The notes: a model not told the origin generated them from the sequence alone. Counted from the first letter of the stretch, positions 9,044 to 19,642 are shown. The stretch is 64,000 nucleotides of DNA from Candidatus Bathyarchaeia archaeon (GCA_038870975.1 JAVZJD010000002.1:512001-576000), one strand, 5' to 3'. Program-made: numbers and translations.

Positions 9044-10939
9044 TTGAAACCCAAATTTGTTGTGGTAGATAGTTCCCAAAGTCCGTATTCATTACTTAGA
9101 CCCATACCCATAGATTCCGTCAAACTTAAGGATGGTTTCTGGGCTCCTAGAATAAAAACGCTCATAGAGGTGACGCTTCCGACACAATATGAAATGCTTG
9201 AGGAAACGGGGAGGATAGATAACTTCCGTAGAGCAACTAGGAAGATAAAAGCTGAGTTTAAAGGGTTATTCTTCAACGATTCAGACGTCTATAAGTGGAT
9301 TGAAGCAACATCCTACGCTTTAGCTTACGATTATGACAGACGCTTAGAAAAAATTATGGATAATGTGATTGTCGATATAGCTGATGCCCAAGATGCGAAT
9401 GGATACTTAAATACATATTTTACATTTGAAAGAAAAGCTCAACGATGGACTAATCTACGTGATATGCATGAATTGTATTGCGCAGGTCATCTTATCCAAG
9501 CGGCCGTTGCTCATTATAGGGCAACTGGCAAGAGGACGCTTTTAGATGTAAGTATTAAACTGGCAAATCACATACTCAGCATATTTGGATCAGGTAAAAG
9601 ACAAGGAGTACCAGGACATCCTGAAGTTGAAATGGCACTTGTAGAACTTTATAGAACCACACGTATGAGCGACTTTCTAAGCTTAGCGAAGTTTTTCATA
9701 GATAACCGTGGTAGAGGTTTAATCGGTGGAAGCTCATATCACATAGATCACAAACCATTTAGAGAGTTAGACGAAATAGTTGGCCATGCTGTGAGAAGCG
9801 TCTACTTAAACTGTGGTGCTACAGACGTCTACATGGAGACTGGAGATGAAAGCCTTCTAAAAGCCTTAGAGCGTTTATGGCAAAATATGGTTAATTGTAA
9901 AATGTATGTTACTGGAGGATTAGGCTCTAGGTATGAGGGTGAGGCTTTTGGAGAAAACTATGAACTACCGAATAGACGCGCTTACGCTGAAACATGTGCC
10001 GCCGTAGCGAATGTTATGTGGAATTGGCGTATGCTTTTAGCAACTGGTAAAGCAGAGTACGCTGATATTATAGAGCTGGCTCTATACAATGGAGCTCTTG
10101 CAGGAATTGGTTTAGACGGTGAGACGTACTTCTACGTCAACCCACTGGCAGATAGAGGAGCCCATAGAAGAAGCAGATGGTTCGATTGCGCATGTTGTCC
10201 ACCGAATATAGCGAGGCTTATAGCGTCTGTTTCAGGCTACTTTTACAGCACTTCACAAGATGGAATATGGATACATATTTATGCAACTAATGAGACGACC
10301 ATAGAATTTAACGGTGGACTTGTTAAGTTAACCCAGAATACTGATTATCCTTGGGATGGTCACGTTGAAATAACCGTATACCCTGAAAAGCTGTCAGAGT
10401 TTTCAATATTCTTACGTATCCCAGGGTGGAGTTTACGGACGACTGTAGCCTTAAATGGTGAGCCCTTGGATTGCAATATAAAACCTCCGCAGTATTTAGA
10501 GGTTAAAAGAACCTGGGAGAAGGGAGATGTAATATCGATGGATTTGGATTTGCGAGTGAACGTCTTATTATCCCATCCGCACGTTCTGGAGAACTTTTGC
10601 AGAATTGCATTAAAACGGGGGCCTTTCGTCTACTGCGTAGAACAGGCGGATAACCCAGGTTTCGACATATGGAATTTAATAGTTTCTCTAAACCCATCGT
10701 TTAACATTATGCGAAGACCAGATTTACTCGGCGGAATTCGTACAATCGAATGTGATGGTTTCGTTGTTAATAAAAATCCTAAGTCTCTCTACTCCAGTCT
10801 TGAAGAAACCACGATAGAGATTAAGCCAGTTAAATTTACAGCCATACCTTATTATGCCTGGGCTAATAGAGAACCGGGACCTATGGTCGTGTGGATTCCG
10901 ATGTTTAACATGGATTTAATTAAGCGATATTCATCATAA
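9044..10939 (+). CDS. Glycoside hydrolase family 127 (beta-L-arabinofuranosidase-like)
   Basis: FNDSDVYKW, HELYCAGHL, GHAVR, AETCA and CACCPPN (Zn/Cys nucleophile), IPYYAWANR. Confidence 0.92.
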   Translation: MKPKFVVVDSSQSPYSLLRPIPIDSVKLKDGFWAPRIKTLIEVTLPTQYEMLEETGRIDNFRRATRKIKAEFKGLFFNDSDVYKWIEATSYALAYDYDRRLEKIMDNVIVDIADAQDANGYLNTYFTFERKAQRWTNLRDMHELYCAGHLIQAAVAHYRATGKRTLLDVSIKLANHILSIFGSGKRQGVPGHPEVEMALVELYRTTRMSDFLSLAKFFIDNRGRGLIGGSSYHIDHKPFRELDEIVGHAVRSVYLNCGATDVYMETGDESLLKALERLWQNMVNCKMYVTGGLGSRYEGEAFGENYELPNRRAYAETCAAVANVMWNWRMLLATGKAEYADIIELALYNGALAGIGLDGETYFYVNPLADRGAHRRSRWFDCACCPPNIARLIASVSGYFYSTSQDGIWIHIYATNETTIEFNGGLVKLTQNTDYPWDGHVEITVYPEKLSEFSIFLRIPGWSLRTTVALNGEPLDCNIKPPQYLEVKRTWEKGDVISMDLDLRVNVLLSHPHVLENFCRIALKRGPFVYCVEQADNPGFDIWNLIVSLNPSFNIMRRPDLLGGIRTIECDGFVVNKNPKSLYSSLEETTIEIKPVKFTAIPYYAWANREPGPMVVWIPMFNMDLIKRYSS

Positions 10940-11179
10940 CTAGCTGTAGTTTGACCTTCCGTGTATTCCAATTAAATTTTATATAAGCATTCATCATTGT
11001 CTTTTTGTTTCGGCTAGATTAACTTCTAAACTTTCTAAGGTCAAAGGACATCGTAGTGGTGCGTTGCGAAGGGTTTAAAGAACACGTAGGTAGAATTTTA
11101 TTGGTTAGATTAAGCTCTCCCCGAAAAGCTAAGTGAAAAGGATATTAAAGAAGATAACATACCAGACGGGAAATGAAAA

Positions 11180-11536
11180 GTGAACTGTAGAGACAGATGG
11201 TGGTTTCGCCATAATCCGTACAAACGGAAAGATGGTTTTAAGGTAATAGAGAAGAAGAAAAATCCTTCAAAACCAACTCAAGCTATAAATGCATATGCTA
11301 ATTGTAAACAAGAAGTTAAAGACGCAGGCTACATCATAATATCCTGGTGGAATTATGAGTACCTGAATTATTGGTATGTAGGATCAACTCAGAGTAAAAA
11401 AGAGCCTAAAGAATGGGTTTACGATCCTAGATTCCTTACGAATAGCTTAGACGAAATAACTCGAGCAGCACCACAATTGTATTTGCTCTTACCTTTTACG
11501 TCTACTAAATGTTTCATAATGAATTTACGCTTTTAA
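11180..11536 (+). other. Orphan ORF or degraded gene remnant
   Basis: 118-aa ORF with no recognisable motif, in an otherwise non-coding 670-bp gap. Confidence 0.25.
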
Positions 11537-11610
11537 GTAGAAGTTGGACTATGGATATAGGGGAGAGTAAACTCATAATAGATACTTTAGAGTTTATAGA
11601 AGACAGACTA

Positions 11611-13062
11611 TTATATTGGCTTTCTAATCTTCCATTTTGTCTCCCCAGAAACGTCCTCAAGTTCTACGCCTAGCTCTCTAAGTCTACTTCTTACCATATC
11701 CGATATATCATATCGTTTTTCTCTTCTAAAGATCTCTCGAACTTCTACTATGAGTTGAATAAGCTGATCGACGAGTCCTTTTGAAGGCAAAGGTTCATAT
11801 ACTTCGAGGATTCCGAAAACTTTTCTGACCATGTTTAGAAGCTCTAAGACTTGCTCTTTGACTTCTCTATTCAACTTAGAAGCTGTTCCTAATATGCTGT
11901 TGAAAGCTCTCATGTAGTTGAATAAAACCGCCAAAGCACCTGGGGTATCTAAGTCGTCATCCATACGCTCTTCAAAATCTATTCTAGCCTTTTTAGTAAT
12001 ATCAAGGATTTTCTTTTCATCTTCGCTTAGAGTAGATTCAACTTTTTCAATAGATTCAACTTTTTCAATAAAGTCTGAGAGACGGCGTAGGTTTTCTTCA
12101 GCCATTTTAATGGAGTTTTCATTGAAGTCAACATCGCTTCTATAGTGTGCCGATATGTAAAACATACGTAGGACATCTCTCCCCCACTTATCTAAAGCCT
12201 CGTTAAGTCTTATGATGTTGCCCTTGCTCTTACTCATCTTCTCTCCGTTTATCGTTAAAAGCCCACAGTGAACCCAGTACTTCACAAACGGCTTCTTACC
12301 AGTATATGCTTCGCTCTGAGCTAGAGAATTCTCATGGTGGGGGAAGATTAATTCTCTAGCACCACCATGGATATCTATCTGTTCTCCGAGGTACTTTATA
12401 CTCATAACTGAACACTCTATGTGCCATCCTGGGAAGCCATAGCCCCAAGGAGATCTCCACCTCAACGGATAATCTTCTGAAGCTGTCTTCCACAAAGCGA
12501 AGTCAGCGGGGTTACGCTTCCTTGGGTCTGGTTCAACTCTGTGCATTATAAGTTCCTCTCTCCGTACACCTGACAATTTACCGTAATCTTCAAACTTTGA
12601 GACGTCGAAGTAAACATCTCCATCTACTACGTAACCGTAGCCCTTCTCTATTAGCCTCTCGATTACTTCAATCATTTCCATGATATGACCACTAGCCCTA
12701 GGTTGAATACTCGGCCGTTTATTTCCAAGTCTATCCATAGCCTCAAAGTACTCGAGTAGATATTTATCGGCTATCTCCATTGGATGGAGCTTTTCACGTT
12801 TCGCCCCTAGAATCATACGATCTTCTCCAACAGCCTCCAGAATATGCCCCACATCTGTGATGTTTCGGATGTATTTAACTCGGAACCCCTTATATTCAAG
12901 CCACCTGATAAGTATATCGTAGACGACACTTGCCCTACCGTGTCCCAAGTGAGGACTGTCATAAACTGTTGGACCGCAGACGTAAATTTTAACGATACCT
13001 GGGTCTATGGTTTGAAAGACCTCTTTCCGCCTAGTCAGAGTATTGTAGATTCTTATCGGCAT
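11611..13062 (-). CDS. cysS: Cysteine--tRNA ligase
   Basis: CGPTVYD, HIGH-type HLGH, PGWHIECS, KMSKS. Confidence 0.97.
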   Translation of the reverse strand: MPIRIYNTLTRRKEVFQTIDPGIVKIYVCGPTVYDSPHLGHGRASVVYDILIRWLEYKGFRVKYIRNITDVGHILEAVGEDRMILGAKREKLHPMEIADKYLLEYFEAMDRLGNKRPSIQPRASGHIMEMIEVIERLIEKGYGYVVDGDVYFDVSKFEDYGKLSGVRREELIMHRVEPDPRKRNPADFALWKTASEDYPLRWRSPWGYGFPGWHIECSVMSIKYLGEQIDIHGGARELIFPHHENSLAQSEAYTGKKPFVKYWVHCGLLTINGEKMSKSKGNIIRLNEALDKWGRDVLRMFYISAHYRSDVDFNENSIKMAEENLRRLSDFIEKVESIEKVESTLSEDEKKILDITKKARIDFEERMDDDLDTPGALAVLFNYMRAFNSILGTASKLNREVKEQVLELLNMVRKVFGILEVYEPLPSKGLVDQLIQLIVEVREIFRREKRYDISDMVRSRLRELGVELEDVSGETKWKIRKPI

Positions 13063-13142
13063 GCTACATTAGCATAACAGTAGAGTTACTTAAATTATTT
13101 CTTCTAGGGAAAAGCTTTATATTGTAAGTCGATTTTAAAAGG

Positions 13143-13601
13143 TTGGAGGTAAAATTGAAGAGAAGAGCCCATGCACATGGTAAATCCCACTCAACTAGAC
13201 CTATAGCGAAGAGACCACCACCTTGGTGTAATTATAAGCCTGAGGAAGTAGAGGCATTGGTTGTTAAACTTGGTAAAGACATGATACAACCGAGTATGAT
13301 AGGAACCATATTGAGAGACCAATATGGAATACCTCTTGTTAAACAAATAACAGGGAAAACAGTTATGGAAATACTTGAAGAGCATGGCTTAGCCCCCAAC
13401 ATCCCTGAAGATTTAACAAACCTCTTAAGAAAAGCAACCAGGTTGAGAAGACATTGTGAAAGCCATCGAAAAGATAAATCGAATAAAAGGGCTCTTCAAA
13501 TAATAGAGGCGAAGATATATAGGCTCTCAAAATACTATAAATCTATTGGAAGACTGCCTCAGGACTGGACTTATAAGGCCGTTGTATTATCCGCGGAGTA
13601 G
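13143..13601 (+). CDS. rps15: 30S ribosomal protein uS15 (S13e/S15p)
   Basis: [25 protein letters not shown], and RLSKYYK. The true start may be a downstream TTG. Confidence 0.95.
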   Translation: MEVKLKRRAHAHGKSHSTRPIAKRPPPWCNYKPEEVEALVVKLGKDMIQPSMIGTILRDQYGIPLVKQITGKTVMEILEEHGLAPNIPEDLTNLLRKATRLRRHCESHRKDKSNKRALQIIEAKIYRLSKYYKSIGRLPQDWTYKAVVLSAE

Positions 13602-13612
13602 GCTTGAAAAAG

Positions 13613-14122
13613 CTAATGAGTTATTCCTACTCTAGTGTAGATTTCTCTTGGAGCCTTAACTTCGACAACCATATTCACTATATCGGCTCTATTTATAAGC
13701 TCGGGTGGACAGTACCTGCCAGTTAATACAACGTCTGTTTCATCTGGAACCTCGTTTAAAAGCTCGAGAATACTCTTGGTATCTAAAAGTCCTATGAAGG
13801 CGGCAAGACAAATCTCATCTAAAACTAGTAGATGGGGTTTACTCTTTAAGACCTCTCTAGCCTTCTCAAGACCTTTTCTCGCTAGGATTTTATCTTCTTC
13901 AGATGGGTTTCGTAAGTCCACCCATTCTCTCCTTCCAAACTGGTATATTTCATAGTAGGGTTTAAGCAACTCCATAACCTTATATTCACCTATATCTTTA
14001 CGACCCTTCATAAACTGAATTATCACAGCTCTTAAGCCATGGCCTATGCATCTTAAAGCCAAGCCTAAAGCGTTAGTCGTCTTTCCAGCGCCAGTCCCAT
14101 AGTAGAGGAAAATCTTACCCAT
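13613..14122 (-). CDS. cobO: ATP:corrinoid adenosyltransferase (CobA/CobO/BtuR)
   Basis: GAGKTTNALG P-loop, IQFMKG, LVLDEI, VVLTGR. Confidence 0.9.
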   Translation of the reverse strand: MGKIFLYYGTGAGKTTNALGLALRCIGHGLRAVIIQFMKGRKDIGEYKVMELLKPYYEIYQFGRREWVDLRNPSEEDKILARKGLEKAREVLKSKPHLLVLDEICLAAFIGLLDTKSILELLNEVPDETDVVLTGRYCPPELINRADIVNMVVEVKAPREIYTRVGITH

Positions 14123-14125
14123 AGA

Positions 14126-16459
14126 CTACTCTACCTCACAAACTGGACAACTACTGATGGGTTTAACTCCAACTTCTAAAACCTGTTCTTTTCTACTACC
14201 ATATCTGTAGACTGTAATACCTTTACATCCTAGTCTATGCGCCAATAAGAATGCCTTTTTAACAGCCTCAGGTGAAGCATCCTGTTTTAAATTTATGGTT
14301 TTTGAAACGGCATTATCTGTAAACTCTTGAAATGCCGCTTGAACTTTAACATGCCAATCTACGTCTACTTCCAATGCCGTTACAAAGACCTTCTTAATGT
14401 CCTCAGGAACCCCTTGAACGTTTGCAAGAGAGCCAGACTTAGATATTTCAGTTATCAATTCATCAGAATAAAGCCCCCTCTCTCTAAGAACTTCTTCAAG
14501 AATATGGTTTACTTCAAAAAGCTTCACACTCCCAAGTACAGTCCTAGAATAGGCTAGGGCAAAGTTAGGTTCTATACCACTTGAAGTCCCTGCTATTAAA
14601 CTTATGGTTCCCGTTGGAGCTATAGTTGTCGTAGCGGCGTTTCTAATGCCGTGGTTTTTAATCAAATCTCTAACCTCATCCCAGTTCAAATGGCGGTATT
14701 TCGCTTCCCCTCCAGCTTCAAACGGCATTATAGGGACTTCAGAATCGTAGATTGACCCTTTAAACGCAGGAAACGGCCCCCTACTTTCCGCAAGTTCTAT
14801 TGAAGCAAGCTTACTATGGTAGTTTATATACTCCATAATCCTCCTGGCGAGGACCACTGCTTCCTCAGAATCATACGGTATTCCAAGTCTGAAGAGCATA
14901 TTAGCCCAACCCATGATTCCCAGCCCTATTTTACGAGTTCTAAGGGTTGCTTTCTCGATTTCATCTGTTGGAAAGTTATTCGCATCTATCACATTATCCA
15001 AGAAGTGAACAGCAACCTTAACTACTTCTCTAAGCTTCTTCCAATCAACATCCCATCTACCGTTTTCATTCTTCACCATCAACTCCAGGTTGATAGATCC
15101 TAGATTGCATGATTCATATGGAAGTAAAGGCTGCTCACCGCATGGGTTTGTAGCTTCAATTGTCCCTAATTGCGGAGTTGGATTATGCTTATTGATCGTG
15201 TCTATGAATATTAACCCTGGATCCCCAGTCCTCCAGGCATTGTAAACTATTAAGTCAAACAGATATCTAGCGTTGACTTTCCGAACAGATTTACCAGTTC
15301 TTGGGTTTATAAGCTCAAAATCTTCACCTTTTTCAACAGCCTCCATAAAATCATCTGTCACAGCAACAGAGATATTGAAGTTCCTCAAAATACCTTCTTC
15401 ACTCTTTGCGTATATGAAATCAATTATATCTGGATGGTCTATCCTCAAGATTCCCATATTGGCTCCCCGACGCTTTCCACCCTGCTTAATAACTTCAGTA
15501 GCCACATCGTAAATACGCATAAAGCTCACAGGACCCGATGCAATACCACTTGTAGATTTGACGACATCACCCTTAGGCCTAAGCTTTGAAAAGTTAAATC
15601 CTGTGCCTCCACCGCTCTTATGAATTAATGCTGTGTTTTTTAGAGACTCGAAAATACTCTCCATAGAATCTTCTATTGGAAGAACGAAACACGCTGAAAG
15701 TTGACCTAAAGGTGCGTTTGCGTTCATAAGTGTTGGTGAATTCGGTAAAAAGTATCGGTTAGCCATTACTTGGAAAAACACATCGATAACGTTTTCGTAG
15801 AGGTCGTTCCACCGTTCTTCTAGCAAGGACAATAATTTTTCAAATTCAACTTTCATCTTACCTTCTTTGCCAAGTCTATTATAGAGCCTTTTCATCATTT
15901 CAAGTTCGTAGTTTGAAAGTTCAATACTAGTTCTATATTCATAGTCTTGAACTTGTCTTACCGGTTGTTTAGCGTCCTTATCGTAGACATCATCCCAATA
16001 AAAAGCATCTACTAGACCTATGTATCTTGCAACTCTTATAAGCATCTGTTTAGGCGTTTCACATACTTCACCTCTCTCATCCCTCAAGAGATATCGGCTT
16101 CTCAATATTGTTATTGCATTAACCGTAAGTTTCATATCATCTACGACTCCAAGCATGCGTTTAAATTCTCTAATTTCAGTACGTTTACGTCTATAAAGTA
16201 TGTAGGCCTTAGCAACCTCATAAAGTCCATGCTTAACCAACGTTTCTTCGACAATATCCTGAATCTGCTCAACATGTGGTGTATGTTCGAAGCCAAACTT
16301 TTCATCAAGAATACTGACCACTTCGTTTCCAAGTTTCACGGCGAGGACTCTATCATTTAAACCCGTTGCTTTAAACGCTTTCCAAATAGCTTCAATTATA
16401 CGATTCTTATCAAAATCGACTATACGACCATCTCTTTTGATAACTTTCAGGGGAGGCAA
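14126..16459 (-). CDS. nrdJ: Class II (adenosylcobalamin-dependent) ribonucleotide reductase with N-terminal ATP cone
   Basis: VIKRDG ATP cone, PNSPTL, QLSACFV, TNPCGEQPL, CNLGSIN, TIAPTGT and C-terminal CPVC. No intein. Confidence 0.95.
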   Translation of the reverse strand: MPPLKVIKRDGRIVDFDKNRIIEAIWKAFKATGLNDRVLAVKLGNEVVSILDEKFGFEHTPHVEQIQDIVEETLVKHGLYEVAKAYILYRRKRTEIREFKRMLGVVDDMKLTVNAITILRSRYLLRDERGEVCETPKQMLIRVARYIGLVDAFYWDDVYDKDAKQPVRQVQDYEYRTSIELSNYELEMMKRLYNRLGKEGKMKVEFEKLLSLLEERWNDLYENVIDVFFQVMANRYFLPNSPTLMNANAPLGQLSACFVLPIEDSMESIFESLKNTALIHKSGGGTGFNFSKLRPKGDVVKSTSGIASGPVSFMRIYDVATEVIKQGGKRRGANMGILRIDHPDIIDFIYAKSEEGILRNFNISVAVTDDFMEAVEKGEDFELINPRTGKSVRKVNARYLFDLIVYNAWRTGDPGLIFIDTINKHNPTPQLGTIEATNPCGEQPLLPYESCNLGSINLELMVKNENGRWDVDWKKLREVVKVAVHFLDNVIDANNFPTDEIEKATLRTRKIGLGIMGWANMLFRLGIPYDSEEAVVLARRIMEYINYHSKLASIELAESRGPFPAFKGSIYDSEVPIMPFEAGGEAKYRHLNWDEVRDLIKNHGIRNAATTTIAPTGTISLIAGTSSGIEPNFALAYSRTVLGSVKLFEVNHILEEVLRERGLYSDELITEISKSGSLANVQGVPEDIKKVFVTALEVDVDWHVKVQAAFQEFTDNAVSKTINLKQDASPEAVKKAFLLAHRLGCKGITVYRYGSRKEQVLEVGVKPISSCPVCEVE

Positions 16460-16582
16460 GTTACATCAATCGACTATTTAAACTAAGGAAGTATTAAACC
16501 TATGGGTTAAGTGTGAAACCATAGGGGGAGTTTGTACTTGCGCGTAAATATGGGAAATACTTCTAAAGATATAAATGGAAAG

Positions 16583-17284
16583 CTAAATGTTTGTTTCCTT
16601 TAAGTTTAGATTCATACTTTTCTCGACTTCGTAGACCAATCTAGCCACCACAACCCAAGCATTTAAAGTCTTAGGATATATGGCATAGCATGAATCGAAT
16701 AATTTCACATTTGCTTCTTTAAATTCTCCATGTGGGAAGCAGCCGACAACCGTCATGACCGAATCCACGTTGGTTAACTCTAGGACTATATTTTGCAGTG
16801 GCTTTAGAAGCCCACCACTTGAAAAGCCGATCACCATGTCAGGCTTAAGTTCGTTTTTTAAATCGGCTAAGGAGCCCTTCCGAAGGGTTATTAGCACTTC
16901 ACCTTCAGGAGGAACTCTTCCAACTCTGAAAAGTTGCTCCATTAGGCCTTTAAACCGCATGTAGTTGCGTGGCAGTCTAATTCTGGGGTTGAATTCTAAG
17001 ATAAAGTCTTGAAATGTATGAACATAAACTCTCAGAAGACCCTTATCGCTCAGGGGTGTTTCTAAAGCGTTTAGGAGAGAGAAATGCACAATATCGGGTC
17101 TACCGCGTTTATGCGCGTCCTTTAGATATCTCATAGCTCTATGGTGGTAAGACCTATCTAGAAGTATTTCACCTGGACTTAAACCCCTCTCACGAGAATT
17201 ACGCCTTACTTCAGGATGCCCCCATAGAGCTTGAGGCACTGTTTCTAAAGCGGATTCAGCCAACACTAGTATTAACCTATTCAA
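16583..17284 (-). CDS. nep1: 16S rRNA pseudouridine N1-methyltransferase Nep1/Emg1
   Basis: LLDRSYHH, RGRPDIVH, RLPRNY.RFKGL, GCFPHG. Confidence 0.93.
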   Translation of the reverse strand: MNRLILVLAESALETVPQALWGHPEVRRNSRERGLSPGEILLDRSYHHRAMRYLKDAHKRGRPDIVHFSLLNALETPLSDKGLLRVYVHTFQDFILEFNPRIRLPRNYMRFKGLMEQLFRVGRVPPEGEVLITLRKGSLADLKNELKPDMVIGFSSGGLLKPLQNIVLELTNVDSVMTVVGCFPHGEFKEANVKLFDSCYAIYPKTLNAWVVVARLVYEVEKSMNLNLKETNI

Positions 17285-17374
17285 ATGCCCACCTCGAATT
17301 GAAAATTGCCCTCCTTACTTGTAAGTAAAAGACTTATAATCACATGCTTATAAGTTGACTTTTGAGACCGAAGT

Positions 17375-17710
17375 TTGAAGAACAGTATGAGGCAGATAGC
17401 TAGAGAACGTATGGAAATTCTACTTGAGAAAGCCATTCAAATTCACGAGATAAAGCCCCAACTCGCACAGAGATATGTTGAATTAGCACGTCGCATAGGT
17501 ATGAAGACGCGTGTTAAAATACCCCGTGAATATAGGAGGCTTATATGTAGAGGCTGTAAACAGTTTATACATCCCGGTTGTACATTGAGAGTTAGAGTTA
17601 AACATGGAGGTGTTAGACATATAACATATACATGTCTAAGGTGTGGACGAATAGTTCGAGTACCTATTGAAAAAAGACGGGTGGTTGGAGCTCTCCCGTC
17701 ATCCAAATAG
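17375..17710 (+). CDS. rnp4: Ribonuclease P protein component 4 (Rpp21)
   Basis: IARERMEIL, RYVELA, and Zn ribbon CRGC...CLRCG. Confidence 0.92.
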   Translation: MKNSMRQIARERMEILLEKAIQIHEIKPQLAQRYVELARRIGMKTRVKIPREYRRLICRGCKQFIHPGCTLRVRVKHGGVRHITYTCLRCGRIVRVPIEKRRVVGALPSSK

Positions 17711-18016
17711 TGCACTTAGTCCCTCTAAGGCCTCTTCTTCCTTCTTTTCCTCAGCCTTCTCCTCCTTCTTTTCTTCCTCCTTCTTCTCTTCTTTTGTCAC
17801 AGACGCTCCAGCCGCAGGTGCTATTGACATAGCAGGCATGGTTGCAACGTTTTTCAAAACCTCTCCGAGGTCTATTTCTGAAAGCGCGGCTAGAAGCGCC
17901 TTTATTTTAACATCTTCGGGTTCTATATTGGCTGCTTTTAAAACTTTTCTTATGTTTTCTTCATTTATTTTCTGTCCAGCATGATGGAGGAGGAGAGTTG
18001 CATATATACACTCCAT
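17699..18016 (-). CDS. rpl12: 50S ribosomal protein P1/L12
   Basis: MECIYATLLLH, acidic hinge, C-terminal GLSALFG. Confidence 0.96.
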   Translation of the reverse strand: MECIYATLLLHHAGQKINEENIRKVLKAANIEPEDVKIKALLAALSEIDLGEVLKNVATMPAMSIAPAAGASVTKEEKKEEEKKEEKAEEKKEEEALEGLSALFG

Positions 18017-18042
18017 TTTATATCAACCTCCGTTTAATTTTT

Positions 18043-18981
18043 CTAACCGAATAGAGACGCCAAACCAATTTCCTCTTCCTCTTTCTTAGGTTGTTCCTCC
18101 TTTTCAACTTTCCGCTTTTCAGATTCTCCAGTCTTAGACAGTAAAGAACTTAATATCGACGCTTCAATTAGAGCCTTTTGAATAAACAATGGAAGCGTCT
18201 CGGGAGTCAAATAATTAATGTTTACTGCCAGTATTAGTGAAGTGCCGTAGCATTCGACTATTATCGCAGGTAGAGTTTCGGGCGTAAAGTACTTCAATGT
18301 TAAAGCCAGTTTGAAGGCATCCTCCCAAGCTTTTAAGAGCGTACTCCTATAAGACTCTACGTCGAGCTTAAGGACTTCCGTTGGATAAATTGACCCACTA
18401 CTATATACGACTTTGAGATTTAAGCCCACTTTAACTGGTTTTATACCCAGCTTGGTAAGTACTGATGCGAGCCTATCAGATATTACGTCACCCTTTTTAG
18501 CAACGACCGTCGTCTTGCTAATCCAAATACTTCCCGATACTATTCTGGCGGGAAGTCCTACCTCGTTGAACTCGCTAACCAATGGTCCTGGAGGAAGCCC
18601 AGTATTACCTTCTTGGACAACTATATCCTCTGGAGCAATATCGCCTGGTCTCGCGAAGCTTGGAATTTTAGCTTCATCTAATATCTTAGCGAGTTTAAAT
18701 GGATCTTCCTTAGTAAACAGTATGATGTTTTGGCCTTCGAGAAACTTAAACAAAGCATCGCTTCCTTTGAATTCACCATTCTCCATAAGTTCTTTTATAG
18801 CGTTCTTGACGAGTGTATTCTTGGAAACTTTGAGTATAGCTATGCCTCGAAGTTTTCTACGTATTTCATGGAGTTGGTTAGCTTTAACCTTATAGAGGTC
18901 TGCAAATCCAACTGTAGGATACTCTTTAAAAAGTCTCTTAAGGTCTTCAATAGCCTGTATTTTATCGACTCGCCTAGGCAT
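18043..18981 (-). CDS. rpl10: 50S ribosomal protein uL10 (P0)
   Basis: KVSKNTL, GNTGLPPGP, C-terminal GLASLFG; operon context. Confidence 0.95.
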   Translation of the reverse strand: MPRRVDKIQAIEDLKRLFKEYPTVGFADLYKVKANQLHEIRRKLRGIAILKVSKNTLVKNAIKELMENGEFKGSDALFKFLEGQNIILFTKEDPFKLAKILDEAKIPSFARPGDIAPEDIVVQEGNTGLPPGPLVSEFNEVGLPARIVSGSIWISKTTVVAKKGDVISDRLASVLTKLGIKPVKVGLNLKVVYSSGSIYPTEVLKLDVESYRSTLLKAWEDAFKLALTLKYFTPETLPAIIVECYGTSLILAVNINYLTPETLPLFIQKALIEASILSSLLSKTGESEKRKVEKEEQPKKEEEEIGLASLFG

Positions 18982-18985
18982 TGTA

Positions 18986-19642
18986 TCACCTCTTAATCGT
19001 AAGCTTGAAACTTGGGGTCATCGTACCCTTAAGATAAACGCTTCGGATATTTGTTAAACCTTTAGGCAATTTTCCAATAATCCAGTTTAAAGCGGCTTGG
19101 ACGTTTTCAGCAATCTGTTTAGTATCCATGCTCTGTGTGCCAACTCTGAGCTGAATTAGCGGTTGATTTCTAACCCTTATGTTAACAGTTCTCTTAGCTC
19201 TCTCAATAGCATTGGTTAGATCTAACGTCGGTGGAATAGGTGTTGGCATTTTACCTCTCGGCCCCAGGTATACGCCCCATGTCCTACCTACGAGGGGCAT
19301 TAAAGACGCTTCAGATAAGAATACATCATAGTTTTTAGATATCTTCTTAGCCTGTCTTTTATCACCAGCTAACTTCGTAAGTTCATCCTTATCCAGTATG
19401 AGGTCTATTTTAAGGTCTCTGGCCTTCATATAGAGTTCTCCTGTAGCGAAAAGACAGACCTTTATGGGCTTATTCAGTGCGTTGGGAAGCTCTAGTGTAC
19501 CTGTGATTCTATTTTCTGGTCTACGTAGGTCGATATCTCTAAGGTTTACAATAAGCTCTATGGATTGGGTGAAGTTTTTCCCCTCGCAACTCTTCTTAAT
19601 TTCGTCAACAACGTTAATAATATCGTTGAGTTCGAAGCTCAA
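18986..19642 (-). CDS. rpl1: 50S ribosomal protein uL1
   Basis: NFTQSIELIVNL, LGPRGKMP, TMTP; TTG start. Confidence 0.95.
   Translation of the reverse strand: MSFELNDIINVVDEIKKSCEGKNFTQSIELIVNLRDIDLRRPENRITGTLELPNALNKPIKVCLFATGELYMKARDLKIDLILDKDELTKLAGDKRQAKKISKNYDVFLSEASLMPLVGRTWGVYLGPRGKMPTPIPPTLDLTNAIERAKRTVNIRVRNQPLIQLRVGTQSMDTKQIAENVQAALNWIIGKLPKGLTNIRSVYLKGTMTPSFKLTIKR

Noticed and set aside
14126-16459. Intein in nrdJ (extra ~70 aa after RVARYIGLVD)
   Set aside because: No Cys/Ser start, His-Asn end or LAGLIDADG motif. It resembles an ordinary insertion seen in some archaeal NrdJ.
17735-17795. Low-complexity TTC/TCC repeats
   Set aside because: They encode the Glu/Lys-rich hinge of P1/L12.
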